Program-made: the position numbers and the translations under genes
The notes under the pieces: model-generated
What the model was told of the DNA's origin: nothing
Database searches by the model: none
What the model saw: the letters and a program-made list of their open reading frames with translations, nothing else
Shown here: positions 38,377-39,681 of the stretch, in pieces
Position numbering within the stretch: position 1 is the first letter of the stretch
Layout: the number at the start of each line of letters is the position of its first letter
Virus record (IMG/VR): IMGVR_UViG_3300045988_096728
Coordinates: 1 to 39,681 of that record
Direction: 5' to 3' (one strand)
DNA from: a virus
DNA: 39,681 bases

Positions 38377-39645
38377 TCATGGCTGCACCTCCGGGTAATC
38401 ATAAATATTCATCTGTACCGCTGGTTCATCTTCCCATGCGACACCTATGTAATCTAACACTCTTCCCCAACCGAACTTCTCACCAGTCTTCGGATCCGTG
38501 CAGCACCGGTACATGTAAAACTCCCATTCCTTTGGGTTCCGTTCTCTGAGCCTGTCAAACCTGTGCGGTCGTTCTTCCATGTGAATTCCAAAACCACACA
38601 TACTGCATCCGGTTCTCTGTGCTCTTGTTGTCCTAAGTTCTCCGTTATCATTCACGATCTGACCATATATAGCCGGTATGATCGTATCAACCGGTTCATA
38701 CGGTATTACATTTCCATCCTTGTCCTTGCTGTATGGCTGCTCATAATAAAGCTTTGCAAACACATCTGTGTGATCGTGATACCAGGCATCCATCTCCTGC
38801 GCAAGTCTTAAAATGTCATTTCTGAGGTATGGTGCAAATGGTGCTGATCTCATTACCGTCTTTCCATAGTAGTTGCATCCATGATCTGTGAGAGCTTCTT
38901 CTCTCTGCCCACCTTCAGATGCCATCATTCCCAGGAACGGATAACTTGAATGTTCTCTTGCCCAGTCGTCACATGGCTTTTCTTTCAAATAATAGCAACA
39001 ATCATTTGATACCTTGAAATTCGGTTTGTAATACATAACCCCTTCATTCTCGTTCTCATATCCACCAAACAGATTAAGCCACTTCTGTGGAAGCTTCATA
39101 CGGCTGTTTTTCTGGAAGTGTCCAAGCTCTCCACATTCCCCTGTGATTATTGCATGTCTGACTGTCTTATTGTTCTCTGTAGGGTTCTGAAGTAGGGCAA
39201 TCTTGCCAGCTATTCTCTTACTGATAACCGGGAATCCAACTTCATTGAGCACTTCTACTTTTGTCTTAAGCGGCTTCAAAATCGTTACTCCAAGAGCTTT
39301 GTGTACCCTCTGTATGCTCTTATCTTCCAGAGATGATACCGATACCGCTGGAACATTGATTCCTATCGACTTCAGGAATATGTGTAGTGTGATACTATCA
39401 AGTCCACCCACACTCACATGAGCATTTTTATCTCGCTTGTCCATCTGCTCTATGAACTCATAGGCTCTTAATTTTGATCGTGCAACTTTGACCTCATACG
39501 GTTGTCTCTGTAACGCAATCATGCGATCTCTCGCTTCTTTCTTTCGCTGCTTGTACTCAGCAAGCCCCTCATCTGGCTTATCAATGTCCAGCTCTCCATC
39601 CTCGCCAAATACACGAAGGATCAAATCGTCTTTTTCTTCATTCAT
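38377..39645 (-). CDS. PAPS-reductase-family (PP-loop ATP pyrophosphatase; DndC/IbrA-like) protein
   Basis: PP-loop VSVGGLDS; 422 aa; C-terminal Cys cluster ..RTGCSMCGFG.. Confidence 0.85.
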   Translation of the reverse strand: MNEEKDDLILRVFGEDGELDIDKPDEGLAEYKQRKKEARDRMIALQRQPYEVKVARSKLRAYEFIEQMDKRDKNAHVSVGGLDSITLHIFLKSIGINVPAVSVSSLEDKSIQRVHKALGVTILKPLKTKVEVLNEVGFPVISKRIAGKIALLQNPTENNKTVRHAIITGECGELGHFQKNSRMKLPQKWLNLFGGYENENEGVMYYKPNFKVSNDCCYYLKEKPCDDWAREHSSYPFLGMMASEGGQREEALTDHGCNYYGKTVMRSAPFAPYLRNDILRLAQEMDAWYHDHTDVFAKLYYEQPYSKDKDGNVIPYEPVDTIIPAIYGQIVNDNGELRTTRAQRTGCSMCGFGIHMEERPHRFDRLRERNPKEWEFYMYRCCTDPKTGEKFGWGRVLDYIGVAWEDEPAVQMNIYDYPEVQP

Positions 39646-39649
39646 TTTT

Positions 39650-39681
39650 TTAAAAGGAACCCGATATATCGTTACCCCGGC
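39650..39681. repeat. Terminal direct repeat copy 2
   Basis: Exact 32/32 match to 1..32. Confidence 0.95.

Larger units (their letters stand above)
1..39681. mobile_element. Complete temperate siphovirus-like phage genome (circularly closed contig, 39,649 bp unique)
   Basis: Full set of lysogeny, recombination/replication, packaging, head, tail and lysis modules; identical 32-nt ends. Confidence 0.9.

Noticed and set aside
1-39681. Terminal repeats as prophage attL/attR, or the window as an integrated prophage with host flanks
   Set aside because: No host-like genes are present at either end, the operon continues seamlessly across the junction, and int/attP are internal.

Overview
The window is one complete temperate siphovirus-like phage genome from a low-GC Gram-positive (Firmicutes-type) host. 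The first 32 nt are identical to the last 32 nt, so the contig closes on itself (unique length 39,649 bp). Nearly all genes are on the minus strand. They read as one lytic programme: cro-like repressor (7400), RecT/YqaJ recombination, replisome organiser plus G39P-like loader, wrap across the contig end to a PAPS-reductase-like gene, Bro/KilAC antirepressor, two YopX paralogs, a DUF1492 sigma-like late regulator, ParB-DUF4417, terS, terL, portal, MuF, scaffold, capsid, connectors, tail, tape measure, fibre, holin and CHAP-LysM endolysin (11278). The plus strand carries the lysogeny module (7536..10975): CI-like XRE repressor, a short ImmA-like protein, a DUF4231/SLATT-like two-TM protein, a ThsB-type TIR-like protein, a 25-aa holin-like toxin peptide and a tyrosine integrase, followed by a probable attP with phased arm-type repeats. 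The main candidate is the lysogen-strand TIR-like + SLATT-like pair, which looks like an uncharacterised prophage-borne defence system. Other notable items: a type I toxin-antitoxin-like locus with a consensus antisense promoter; a DUF2829 (Tad2-like) fusion protein flanked by terminators in the head module; a MuF protein with a C-terminal DUF4258/RelE-like toxin domain plus a small immunity-like gene; a collagen-like protein and partner inserted between terS and terL; a JAB/MPN-like protein; a candidate iteron origin inside the replisome-organiser gene; and an immI-like second regulatory region. All family assignments come from motif recognition by eye. No HMM, BLAST or folding was run. Start codons were chosen from SD spacing and may be off.
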